Shown: positions 52,108 through 64,000 of the stretch, in pieces
Numbering within the stretch: the stretch's first letter is position 1
How the letters are laid out: each line of letters begins with the position of its first letter
Source of the DNA: Octopus sinensis
Taxonomy: Eukaryota
Assembly (NCBI RefSeq): GCF_006345805.1
Contig: NC_042997.1
Span: forward strand, 119,908,001-119,972,000
DNA length: 64,000 nt
Direction: 5' to 3'
The notes under the pieces: generated by a model
Told to the model about the DNA's origin: nothing
Databases searched by the model: none
Seen by the model: only the letters and a program-made list of their open reading frames with translations
Made by a program: the position numbers and the translations under genes

Positions 52108-52590
52108 CTCGTTTAGAACAAGTAGTTTTACACCAATTACACTATTTTTTCTTAGTTTAAAGGCCGTGGACTGAAGATGTGAAATTTCCGAAGCCTCTCC
52201 CCCACCCCCTTTCGCGAGCGCGCATTTTTTCATGATAGTCGTTTAGAGCAAGTTGTTTTACACCTATTACGCTGTTTTTGTTTTTGTTTTTGTGCCCGGT
52301 TCAGACGCTTTCGGAAATTCCCGATATAAATATTCCGAGGCCTCTCCCCCACCCCTCTTTCTCGAGAGCGCATTTTTTTTTTCATATTCGTTTAGAGCAA
52401 GTTGTTTTACACATATTACACTATTTTGTTTTGTTTTGGTGCCCGGGTCAGCCCCTCAGACGCTTTCGGAACTTCCCGATGTGATTTTTCCGAGGCCTCT
52501 CCCCAACCCCCCTTTCGCGTGCGCGAATTTGTTTTTCATATTCGTTCATAGGAAGTTGTTTTACACCTATTACACACATTTTTTTTTTGA
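52108..52590. repeat. Imperfect ~150-bp tandem repeat (three copies plus a partial copy)
   Basis: Units start at about 52176, 52323 and 52478 (TTCCGAGGCCTCTCCCC...TCGTTTAGAGCAAGTTGTTTTACAC); absent from the first duplicated unit. Confidence 0.85.
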
Positions 52591-52627
52591 TTTTCTGATA
52601 TTTGTTACGCCCTATATTAACCCGTGG

Positions 52628-52663
<36 letters not shown>

Positions 52664-52865
52664 CGTAATATATAAATATATACATATATACATACATATA
52701 TGTACATACATACATGTATATTATTATTAGAAGTAGGTATGTATATATATGTATGTACATAAGCATATATTTATATTATATATGATCGAATGCCACGCAT
52801 CCTTTTCCATATCTATCTATCTATCATCTATCTATCTATCTATCATCTATCTATCTATCTATCTA

Positions 52866-52930
<65 letters not shown>

Positions 52931-52988
52931 ATGTGTGAGTGTGTGTGTGCGTGTGTGTATATGTTTGTCTCTGTGTATGCATATATAT

Positions 52989-53040
<52 letters not shown>

Positions 53041-54699
53041 TATATATGCAAAGATATATATCGACCTGTACATTACATTTACAAAGAAACGTATCATCGC
53101 AGGCAGGCATTGGCGTTGAGATTCATTAGAGAGAGATAAAATTAGAAACCGAATCGATGAACTAGAGGAAGGCGGGCTTTTAGCATACAGGTAGATGTTG
53201 AGTGACCAGAACCAGGCATTAAATAGATCTGATTTACATTTATTTTTTTCTTAATAAGTAATTATTGTAACTCTCCATTGTCAGCAATTTTAATTATTCT
53301 TCCGGTATAATGACTCTGACAAACCTTTGATTCAAAACATCGTAAGTTCCCAACAGTGTCTGATCATGTGTGTGTGTGTGTATGTGTGTGTGTGTGTGTG
53401 TGTACAATGTTCAAAATGAACACACGAGTTGATATATATGGAAAAATGTCAAGGTAGAAAATACTAACATAATTTTGTGAAACATTTCAGTACCGGTTTC
53501 AGTCATTGAGACCTTTTAAACTGTAAGTATGGAAAACAAATAAATTTTATAATACAGAATTAAAATGTTGATGACCTACAATATATTTTTCCCATGTTTA
53601 TAATTCAATACAGTATTCTACTGTATTAGCATTCCTGTTACATCATTTGTTACGTATACTATTACAGATTTTCTATAGAAACCATAGCCAACGCAGATTT
53701 TGTTACGACCAACCATATCAGGGCTTTCGTACACGACTCGTAGCAACAAAGTCGGTGTTGGCTGAAGAAAATATGTGAAAATAAGTTAACAAACAAATAA
53801 AAGAAAACCTCTATTAATAATGGTCACAAACAAATAAAACTGCTTGAGTTTCATACACAACGTTCATATATATAATATTATACATGTATATAAACTTTTC
53901 AGATGATGAAAATATCTTATAAAAAGGAAATAACATTGGGGATAATAATGATAAATATCATAAAGAGTGACTTACATTTGAAAAAGAAATTCAAGCATTG
54001 GCATTGCGGATCACAAATTTCCTGTTGAAGTTCAATCTGCTATATTTTGCTACGTTTTATTTTGTGGGGCTGTTTATTTTTCACGGATAGAGATGAATGA
54101 AGAAGTGCATTCCCCAATAACGAAATCTAAATAACTTGATATAGGCTGGTGTTATTGTGATCGGAACGATACAAGCTGAATAATATTCATAGAAAGATTT
54201 ATGTGCGGCAAAACTTGTAACTTGCTCTCTGTTTAATATGTGCGTAAATGTAGAGATCGCTTTCTTGAACACCCAACATACTGTCTGAAATATTCGCTAT
54301 AACACATCACCTTATAAATATAACCAGCTGTTTCGCCAATAAAATTTTCGTTTTATGTAATATTTCATAATAAGTTTAAAAATTGGAGCAAATATATAAC
54401 AGAAAAATAAACAAAATCTGTTACCCATGTTTAAATGCTTTAACTGACCAATGAAACAAATATGTGATAATTGTAAACGTGGTAGGAAATTTTACAAAAG
54501 GCACCCGTTTACAATTTGTAAGCAAAACATTATTATTTATCCTCCACGATGCTGTGTGGTAAGACGCTTGCTTCTCAAACGCATGATTCGAGGTTCAATC
54601 CCATTTCGTAGCACCTTTGGCAAGCGTTTTCTACTGAAAGAAGCCTGCCATATATATAGATATATATATATGTGTGTGTGTGTGTGTTTGTCCCTCCCT

Positions 54700-55218
54700 T
54701 GCGCCATAACGTGCTTTCACTTCACTACCGAGGGTAGATCTGTGTGCCTTGGGTATGGGCTGTGATTTGTTGTGATGCTCTGATGTTTACTGTATTGAAA
54801 GTGTTCTGCCTAGGATGTGTGCAGTTCCTAGTAGTGCAATTTTCTGTATGTTATATGTGTTTGTAAGTCCTGGTGTTTTTGTTATGTATTTGTCTGAATA
54901 TTTTTTAACATGCCTAATGCACCTACTATGATAGAGATTGTTTCTGCTTTTAGATTCCACATTCTAGTTACCTCTATTTCCAGGTCTTTGTATTTTGAGA
55001 ATTTCTCCATTCCTTTTAGAGGCACGTTGTAATCTGCTGGTATTGATACATTTGATACATCAATTAGAAAGCATTTTTTTCTTCATGATCTCTGACAACT
55101 ATATCTGGTCTGTTGGCTTTAATTTCTCTATCTGTGCGTATCGGCATATCCCAGAGTATGGTTGCTTTCTCGTTTTTTCTGAGCTTTTCTGGTGTGTGCC
55201 TATACCATCTTTTTTCTG

Positions 55219-55222
<4 letters not shown>
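54700..55222 (-). mobile_element. R4/Dong family C 3' fragment, duplicated copy
   Basis: Near-identical to 34778-35293. Confidence 0.85.
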
Positions 55223-55251
<29 letters not shown>

Positions 55252-58180
55252 GTTATTCTGAGAGACTCTCGGATAGTTCTTAATTACCGGTTATTCTTTA
55301 CGTGAAAGCATGAATGACAAATCACCAAATGTTTCAAGTCGTGTCTTCTCCTGTGACTGAAACAGACAATACACTCCTTAGAATGCGAACTATACCGAAC
55401 GTTACCGTCTTCTTGATCACTTCGAGCCTGATAGCAACTTCAATATTCTTAATTTTTTTTTAAAGCCCTTAGAAACTGCTCTGAATTCTCCAATTACCAC
55501 TTGTATGACCATTATTTTTCATCATGCCCCATAACTTCCTATCTAATTCCGCAGAGGCTGGTATTACTCAATCGTTTCTGTTTTCTTGCATTTCACCCAC
55601 GAAACGGCTGGTATTGTAACATCCATTATCTTTTATTCTTATTCATCTTTTTGGATGAGCACGATATCTGGTCGTGTCGCACTGCATGTTAAAATCCCAG
55701 AGTATTTTGCAATGTTTGTTTTTCGTTACTCCCTCTGGTTTTGTTCGTTACATTTTTCGGCTCCCCGAGGTTTGCTTTACCACACAACAGCCAGGAGACA
55801 TAAAACCACACTAAAACTACAACCGCGTCATCAACTATATCAGCAACAGCATCAGAAATCTCCCAAATAACCAGAAACATTTTAACACAAAACACATCCC
55901 CAAGATATAACCGTCCCCTCTTCGGATACTTCAGACATGTCTATTAATGAAGGGGGCTGTGAGAAGCTTCAATGACACACGGTTTTCGAGGCCAAGAAAT
56001 GTGGAACAAAAACACCTCAACGCCAACAAGAATAACCGGCAGATACGAACACAAGAATGATATAACTTAGAGCAACAACGCACAAATATTACCCCAACAA
56101 CAGCTACATTAACATTGAATTTGGAAATAAGGAGCACGAGTTGGTATAGACGATGCTGAGCTGTGAAGTTTGAGGGACGGGAATTAGGGAACAAGAGAAT
56201 AAGGGGTATCAGAAAAGGCGGCGAGCTGGCAGAAACGTTAGCACGCCGGGCGAAATGCTTAGCAGTATTTCGTCTGCCGTTACGTTCTGAGTTAATATTC
56301 CGCCGAGGTCGACTTTGCCTTTCATCCTTTCGGGGTCGATTAAATAAGTACCAGTTACGCACTGGGGTCGATATAATCGACTTAATCCGTATGTCTGTCC
56401 TTGTTTGTCCTCTCTGTGTTTAGCCCCTTGTGGGTAGTAAAGAATTAGGTATCGTTGTCGGGGGTATCTACTTTACTTCGATTCGCCCTCGATTCACTTT
56501 CCCTGTCAGCTCTACAGCATGCGACCAGAGGTAGGACTTGATTATTTGTCCATCTTGGATGCGTAAATCCTTCTCTCCCATCTGTTTTCTCATCTTCATT
56601 TTCGATATCATGTTTCTCCGACGAATTATCTCTCTCAGAGTGAGTATTCCTCTGGAAACTCCCAGGCATCCTTCTGAGCTCTGTTCAGGAAGGTTGAAGC
56701 CTCCTGATCAGAAGAAAAGATTACTCTTCAAAATGAAGAAGAGGCAGAACGGTTACAAACCTGGCGGGAAAGTTATGACCACAAAAATTTCAGACAAGGG
56801 GTTCCCATTTCACCTGAATTATTCACATCTCTATGAGAAAAGGTTGTTACAAACTTATAGTTGTCAGATAAACGAATAAACAAAAACGGATGCGTGTTAG
56901 ATGATCTCAAATTGACTAATGTTATTCTAAACATTTCCAGGAGCATTAAAGTATCAATAGAAATACTCAGGGTAATAAAAGAAGTAAGCAAACTATGTAG
57001 ACTCAGAACTAGTATTATCCAAACGAAGCTAATCTCCAATCATCTAATCGCAGTCGGAAATGTGATAGATGATGCAATACATCATTATAGCAACTAATAC
57101 ACCTATCTTCGAACTATAGTCTGCTTGAAGGAGAAAAATCGAACCAAAGACTTTGAACGACAGATAGAGTTTGTATGGGCAGACTTTGGTAAATCGAATC
57201 ACGTAACGAACAATGATTTGATCATGTGTTTCAAAAAGAAAGATTTTCAACTTGTGTGTGCTGCTTACCATTACGTATTCATCATAAGCATGGACTACAA
57301 AGAACAATATTGAAAATTAATTAAGAGCAGTGCAAAGAGCAATGGAGTGGAGAATGGCGAAGATTAACAAAACTGATGAGTGGAGAGACAGCATAAAAAT
57401 AAGTGTGGTAACACGTTGATCGGTATTCTCTGAAATAGATTTTCATGGGACATGTGCTTAGAATAAAGGAGGAAAATGGAATGGCAAATATACAGACTGG
57501 ATCATACATCGTAGAAAAGGAGAGGGAAAGACCATGTAGATGTTGAAATGAAAACGTTTTTAAATTATTCGCACCCAAATTTGAATAAGAAAATCACATC
57601 AGGCCGTGTTTGGTGGAGACACCATAGTACAGCATTCGTCCAGGAGTGGACCGAAATATGTGCAAATATGATAACAGACAAAATATAAATAAAATCTTCC
57701 AAATTAGGGAGTGAATTATTCTGTGCAAGTCTTTCTTCCTCCCCTTTTTCCTTGTCATTAGTTTAATATTTTTAGATTTTATTTTCTCTATTTGTATCAG
57801 AGTTTCTGTAGTCTGTAATGTCTTATCAGCTTTACACACACATTTGAATTGTTTAAATTATATAATAATAACAAATAAATCCGTTCTCGAATTATTTTTA
57901 TCTCATTAGAATCACTTGTGAACAGCGTATCTAGAAATCCGCTTCACATACACTGATGTTGCTACAACAGCTAAAAATAGAAAAACAATAGGAACAAGAG
58001 CCTAAAAATAGCGCTGAACTCATTGACACCGGCACTATACATCCCACAACTAGTAGTGGAGTACAAGCCCCCACACAACGCACAAAGCACGTTCATTTCC
58101 ATGGTAGCTGAACTGATTTACTCATCATCTCTAGTATAGTCATCGCGATTGTTACTCTGATTATCATGATCATTCCTATT

Positions 58181-58231
<51 letters not shown>

Positions 58232-58379
58232 AACTACTACTACTACTACATCTGCTACTGCTGCTGCTGCTGCTACTGCTGCTGCAACTACAACTACTAC
58301 TAGTAGTAGTAATAGTAGTAGTAATGCGGCTACTGTTACTACTACTACCACCACCACCACCACCACCACCAACACCACC

Positions 58380-58417
<38 letters not shown>

Positions 58418-61400
58418 CATCACCAAAACCACTAAAAACAGTAGCAACAACCACTTCCTGTAAGGCGAAATACACTTTGTTCCTTCACTTTCTCATTGCA
58501 GCAATACCGCTATTAACATCATCTCCACCTTATAGTAGACACCATGACATCATCATCAATTCACAATTTACTCATTCCCACGAAAACAACTCAACCCAAA
58601 TCATTTAACTCTCGCATCTGAAAAGTTTCCAGGAAGATTTGCTCTGCATCCAGACTTGGGGGTTAAAGTGAAGCTTAGGAATATGCCGCTTTACTTCGCG
58701 CAAAACAACTATAACTGCAACGTAAATGTACATTCACGACTTTCCGATATGGACACATAAATATACCCTACCTTTAGTATTAAATACTAAAACCTATATG
58801 AAACGCTACACATAGATTTTAAAAAATGGAAATATGTGAAACTAGCTCACTTCTCTCATTGCACATGAACTCTAAATTTTACTAAACAAGTGTGTTCCGC
58901 TCTACACACGTCAAGAATCACGAAACACATCTTGAGGTGGGGTAAAACATAACAATTGCGAGCTATTTCGTCGGTGCAATCTCATTAAGGGGGCCTTCCG
59001 ACAGGGGTTACACTTTTACTCTTTCATTATTTTACTTGTTTCAGTTATTTGACTGTTGACATGCTGAGGCACCGCCTTCAGTCGAGCAAATCGACCCCAG
59101 GACTTATTCTTTGTAAGCCTAGTAATTATTCGATCTGTCTTTGTAAGCCTACTACTTATTCTATAGATTGTGTATTTCTATAAATCATCATCATGGAATT
59201 TGAGTGTTTCCTTGGAGATACCGCATGCGATAAATATGTATTCCATCTTGTGTGTCATGGTGCAAGGTCCTCTTGTCAGACATAGAGTCTTCCAGTACCA
59301 AACCTCTTAACCCATGGCAGCATTACCTCTTCAAGGTATTTGATCAATGCCTCTATTTTGAGTCTGAGTACGCGTGGGAAGGTGAATGGAGGCATAACGT
59401 CTACGTAACTACTGACCACTCCAAAAACCATGATATTGATTGGATGTTTGATGTTTATCCCTTACCCCATAGATGCTGGTGGCATATATTAAAAGTACCC
59501 TTTAAGAACTGTATACTTGAAAAGTATACAACTATATCATTACACTAAAATTTGAGAAACAAACACTTTTTTCTTTTAAAACTTCTTTGTATGAGATTCA
59601 TACCATGAAATTTCTGGAACTGAGCTCAAATACTTAAGCTTAATTAAAATATAGTTTCTTTTTAAAATAAACAATGTTCATTAAGTGAATTTGTATTTAA
59701 CAGCTTATTATTATGCAAAGAGATGATTTGTGAAAGGTAAAAAAAACGGGAAACTTATACAGAGTTATCAAGGCTTATTACCTAGAATTCCTTAGATAAA
59801 AAATACAAAAGCACTATAGGATTACCGGTAAAAGTGCAATCAGGACCGCCAACCCTGAGACTAATAAAATTATGGAGAAATATGTCTTACAGATGAAGAT
59901 AAAATCACTTGGTCCCAAACAAGCTCCTTTCATTATAAAGGCTCACAAATCAAAATTATGAATTCAATGTCCTTCTAGATCTGATATCAATATATTTAGC
60001 AAAAATATTCTAGATAATTATATACCTACCTTAATTAAAAAAGTTAAAGCGTAATTTATGGTCTAATTCGTTTTAAATGGTCGTCATGTCAAATTCTATC
60101 GATAAAAAGAAGCGCACTAGCTTCATCCAGTTTGACATTTCTAGTTTCTGTTCCTCTATTAACCCAACTGTACTGAACAAGGCACTCTGACTTTCACACA
60201 AGAAAGCAGGTCTCACCAGAGATGAATTCAATGTCGTGTTAGCTGCCAGAAAATATATTCTTAAATTTCATAACAAGCTGTGCGTCCGTAAAGATACGTC
60301 GGACTCTTTGATGTCACGATGGAAAGTTCTCATTCAGCATGAATCGCTGTAGAAAAGAATTTTCCCCAGAATTCAAGATACTATTCGATTATTCGTTCAC
60401 ACCGAATCAGGATAGGGCTTTCTAACGCCTACTCTTTTAATACGTGATAAACGTAGGGACATTCATACTTTTAATACCAACCATTCTTTAAATATTAATA
60501 GCCTCATTGTTAGTGTTTCGGATGTGGATTCCAATCGCATTCGATTCCTTGTCAATAATCTTAAGATTAGAAATTCTATTTATGAATGTAAAATTACTTC
60601 CGGTTCTGACGTCTGTTTTTATATTGGTAGTTCAACATCTCAGTTGTCCAAAATAATATTTATTCATTACCCTACATTTATACATATCAATTATCGTGAC
60701 AATACTGGGTTGAGAGCTTAGTAAATTCGTTTAGTCTCTAAAGGATCATAGTAAAGTATATGATTTGGAATGGAATATTCTATCTAAATCATTTCCGTAT
60801 GATAAAAGTAAATATATTTGTTCTCCTAGTAATGATGAAATGTCTTTCCTCCTGTTCTTAGAGAATCATCTTGTAAACAAGTTAAAAGAACGCGCTTTTC
60901 GTTGCAATCATTGGTAAAGACATACCTTTAGTTCATATAAGTGATTTCTACCATTCTATAAAAATCGACATTTAACTGTCTTTTTACATTTCAATGCCAC
61001 TAATTATATTTGTTTTCATGCATGTAAAATTTATTCCTATTTACCTCTCGCACTATATTTCAACACTTTTAATCTTCTGTTAATTTCTTTCTTCCTCCTA
61101 CTCTTTCTGTAAATTTCCTTTGGCGTTATATATATTAACGGTTATTTTTTTTTAAATAACTTTCCAGCGTCCCCTTCATTTTATATGCTGTAATCACATT
61201 CGGTTAAAATGTCTTATTAATGAGTTTTGTTTCTTTTGTTTCCTGATGAGGAGACTGATTTGTTTTACATCATTTTATTCCTTCTGGAATAATACCATAA
61301 AACATATGTCGGAAGTATAAAGATTTGAATAACACATACATTTAACACAATTTATTTTTTAAACTATTTTAATCAAAAACATTTCACCAAAACCTGGATT

Positions 61401-61532
61401 TTTTATCTTTATTAGTGGGCGGTTACAGCCTTGGTACTTGTGTGAATTTTTGCTACCCTGGCAGCTATTTATTTATCTTTTTCTCTGTTATTTGCAAACT
61501 TTGAAATATACACATAAATTCATATGCATACA

Positions 61533-61660
<128 letters not shown>

Positions 61661-61775
61661 GTATATATTTATATATATCGCCATGTTGATTCGCTAGCCT
61701 CTGCACGCATTTTTTCTCTCCTTTTTTCTCTCCTTTTTTCTCTCCTTGTTTCTTTCTGTGTTTCTTTTCTGTGTA

Positions 61776-61813
61776 TCTTTCTGTTGAAGAGCGTAGGCTC
61801 GAAACGTAAAAGA
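61776..61813 (+). ncRNA. Minimal hammerhead-like motif, duplicated copy
   Basis: Identical motif to 41925-41962. Confidence 0.55.
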
Positions 61814-61909
61814 CTTGTTTTATTTATATTCCTGAGCGCCATACTAATACAATTATTTGTTTGTATTCCACCTGCCTACGTCTTTTGATTATTTTCATAA
61901 AGCTTCCCG

Positions 61910-62015
<106 letters not shown>

Positions 62016-62557
62016 TGTATGTATATATGCATGAATGTATGTATGTATGTGTGTATGTATGTATTTGCATCCATCTAATGACAAGCATAATTAATAATAC
62101 TATAACGTATAAAATCTTATTTAGGAAAAACCATGTAGAATTTCATCAACCAATACAATGTAAATTCGTAAATTATGCTTATCAATTATCTTACTTCTTT
62201 TCACACTGTTTTAACACCCTCTTTCCTCATTATTATATTCAAACTTTTATTAATAATCTTTACGTATACTCGGTGAGCATGCAAAATCATTTGCTCGTGA
62301 TGCAAATACGCTATGCAGTATTTCTACTGACATTACGCTCTGTGTTCAAATTCTCCCATGATCTGATTTGCTTGCACATCTCTTGAGGATCTATTCAAAT
62401 AATTAAACATGAAGACTTGGGATCGATATTATCAACTAACAGCCTGCCACTAAATTTCATGTATTGTTCCTGAAATTGGTACTAATCTTGTGTATTAATA
62501 ATTGTGTCTCACTTGGTCTATAAAAAATAAAGTTTTCAACGGAATGCAGAAGTTTCG

Positions 62558-63727
62558 TTATTTCAAAACTTTTCTCGTTGCAACGGGGTGATTCATGCGT
62601 TCATTTAATTTGTTCCACAGTTTGTACATAATTTCGGTTTGAGGTACATGGTAAATAGCAATCTTTCTTTTGATGTCCTTCGAAATCTCATGCAAGGAAT
62701 TACTAACACCAAATATATAGGCCGAATCATAGTTGGTATGTTTTATACCTAATGCATTGACTAGCATACCAGTTACATAAACATCATCGACCCAAAGACG
62801 CGGAACTTTTAACGAAATTTTGAGTAAACGGACAGGCATGTCAGGGCTCAAGATATAAGCAGATCCCGAGCAATAAACTTCGAAAGTGCTATTAGGATAT
62901 TCTTCAGTTGAAACATACCACTTACTCTTTTTGTTTCTGAGGACTGGCATTCCTTCCCATACATTACACAATATAAAATTTTGCCGAGCGTATTCGTACT
63001 GTTGTAGATATCTCAAATGTTTTACCACTTGAAAAATGTCGACTAATATATCATCATCTGTTTTCATTATATATGAGATATTGTGGCAGTTTGTTGCAAT
63101 CCAGCGCAACGCTGCCATTGCTTTGGAATTTAAGTTCCGATACGTGTCGTTGAATTCAGTCTGTAATATGTCATTGTAACGGGCAGATTCTATTTTGACC
63201 ATATCCATAACATGACGGTTGTTGACGACACCCATCACAAATAGTAACTTGGTTTTAAATTTACCCAACACTTTCTTGTCGCCCCATGTTTGCCGTATAG
63301 CCATTCGTCGCTTAGAGTTCTCTGGTGCTGAGTGAATATAAACAATCATAAAATCATCAGGTACACATAACAAAGAAGGGTTAATTATGTGATGTGTGTA
63401 ATAAGGCAGCTTTTCAGGCAACAACGACAATGAGGAGCTGTTCCTAAGTGAATCTTGAACTTTCAGAACCTCATTTCGTTTTGACTGTAAACCACTATTG
63501 AATGTTAATGATAAAACACGTACTAATGAACTATCAGTTTTGTTCTTATGTATATTTTCGTCGATCGTGATATTGTTATCTCTGGCATTATTCCTCATTT
63601 TACGCATTTCAATCTCTTGCCGTGGAAGTCGTTCCTTCGTAGAAATTACTTGAAGAAGAATGTAAATTGAAGAGATGGTTAGCAAGAGGAGAAGTATGCG
63701 GAATATTCTGGATCGGCGCAGCAACAT
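62558..63727 (-). CDS. Beta-1,3-galactosyltransferase-like GT31 glycosyltransferase, 389 aa, paralog 3
   Basis: Intact ORF with the same GT31 motifs; stem and C-terminus diverged from paralog 1. Confidence 0.92.
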   Translation of the reverse strand: MLLRRSRIFRILLLLLTISSIYILLQVISTKERLPRQEIEMRKMRNNARDNNITIDENIHKNKTDSSLVRVLSLTFNSGLQSKRNEVLKVQDSLRNSSSLSLLPEKLPYYTHHIINPSLLCVPDDFMIVYIHSAPENSKRRMAIRQTWGDKKVLGKFKTKLLFVMGVVNNRHVMDMVKIESARYNDILQTEFNDTYRNLNSKAMAALRWIATNCHNISYIMKTDDDILVDIFQVVKHLRYLQQYEYARQNFILCNVWEGMPVLRNKKSKWYVSTEEYPNSTFEVYCSGSAYILSPDMPVRLLKISLKVPRLWVDDVYVTGMLVNALGIKHTNYDSAYIFGVSNSLHEISKDIKRKIAIYHVPQTEIMYKLWNKLNERMNHPVATRKVLK

Positions 63728-64000
63728 TATTGCCGTATTTCATTATATGTAGAGCCTTTTGTTTTAGAAAATTCACTTCAAATACCAATTTGAACTGTAA
63801 TAAGAAAATGTAAGAAATTTTAGCGAAACCAAAATCAAATTTATATTCGGGATTATAGATATAAATGCATATATGCTTATATATTGAAATATATGTGCAT
63901 ATGCCCGTACAGGCATATACATATTTTTAAAACTTGGCGCAAGTTCGAAGTCGCTCTCAAACATATTTTTACTTTCAAACAATATATATATATATATGTA

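Noticed and set aside
52108-52590. CRISPR-like array
   Set aside because: Eukaryotic context, the units are homologous along their full length with no unique spacers, and there are no cas genes.

Overview
AT-rich, repeat-dense eukaryotic DNA. The SINE families and the (TAA)n/(TA)n/(ATCT)n microsatellite landscape resemble what I recall from octopod cephalopods; this is an inference, not a database result. The only supportable host genes are three minus-strand, single-coding-exon GT31 beta-1,3-galactosyltransferase-like paralogs (26872-28053, 42676-43853 with a 1-nt frameshift, 62558-63727). They sit in a recent tandem duplication with periods of about 15.8 kb and 19.9 kb. The middle gene is a mosaic of the two outer genes, with a switch interval at 42846-42914, consistent with unequal crossover or with two haplotypes assembled in tandem. 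The 4.1 kb period difference is a Penelope-like retroelement (RT plus C-terminal GIY-YIG) present only in the second unit. The first 24 kb is a same-orientation pile of R4/Dong-clade (RT plus RLE) non-LTR retrotransposons and a ~550 bp non-autonomous element, nearly all joined to (TAA)n tracts, including one near-full-length copy at about 5157-9126. Also present: tRNA-type SINEs sharing a 3' tail with a CR1/L2-group LINE, RTE, Tc1/mariner and Chapaev-like remnants, a Helitron-like insertion with an empty paralogous site, and several minimal type I hammerhead ribozyme motifs. Most short ORFs in the supplied track are microsatellite translations. No rRNA, functional tRNA or CRISPR array is supported. 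Many mobile-element boundaries are approximate.
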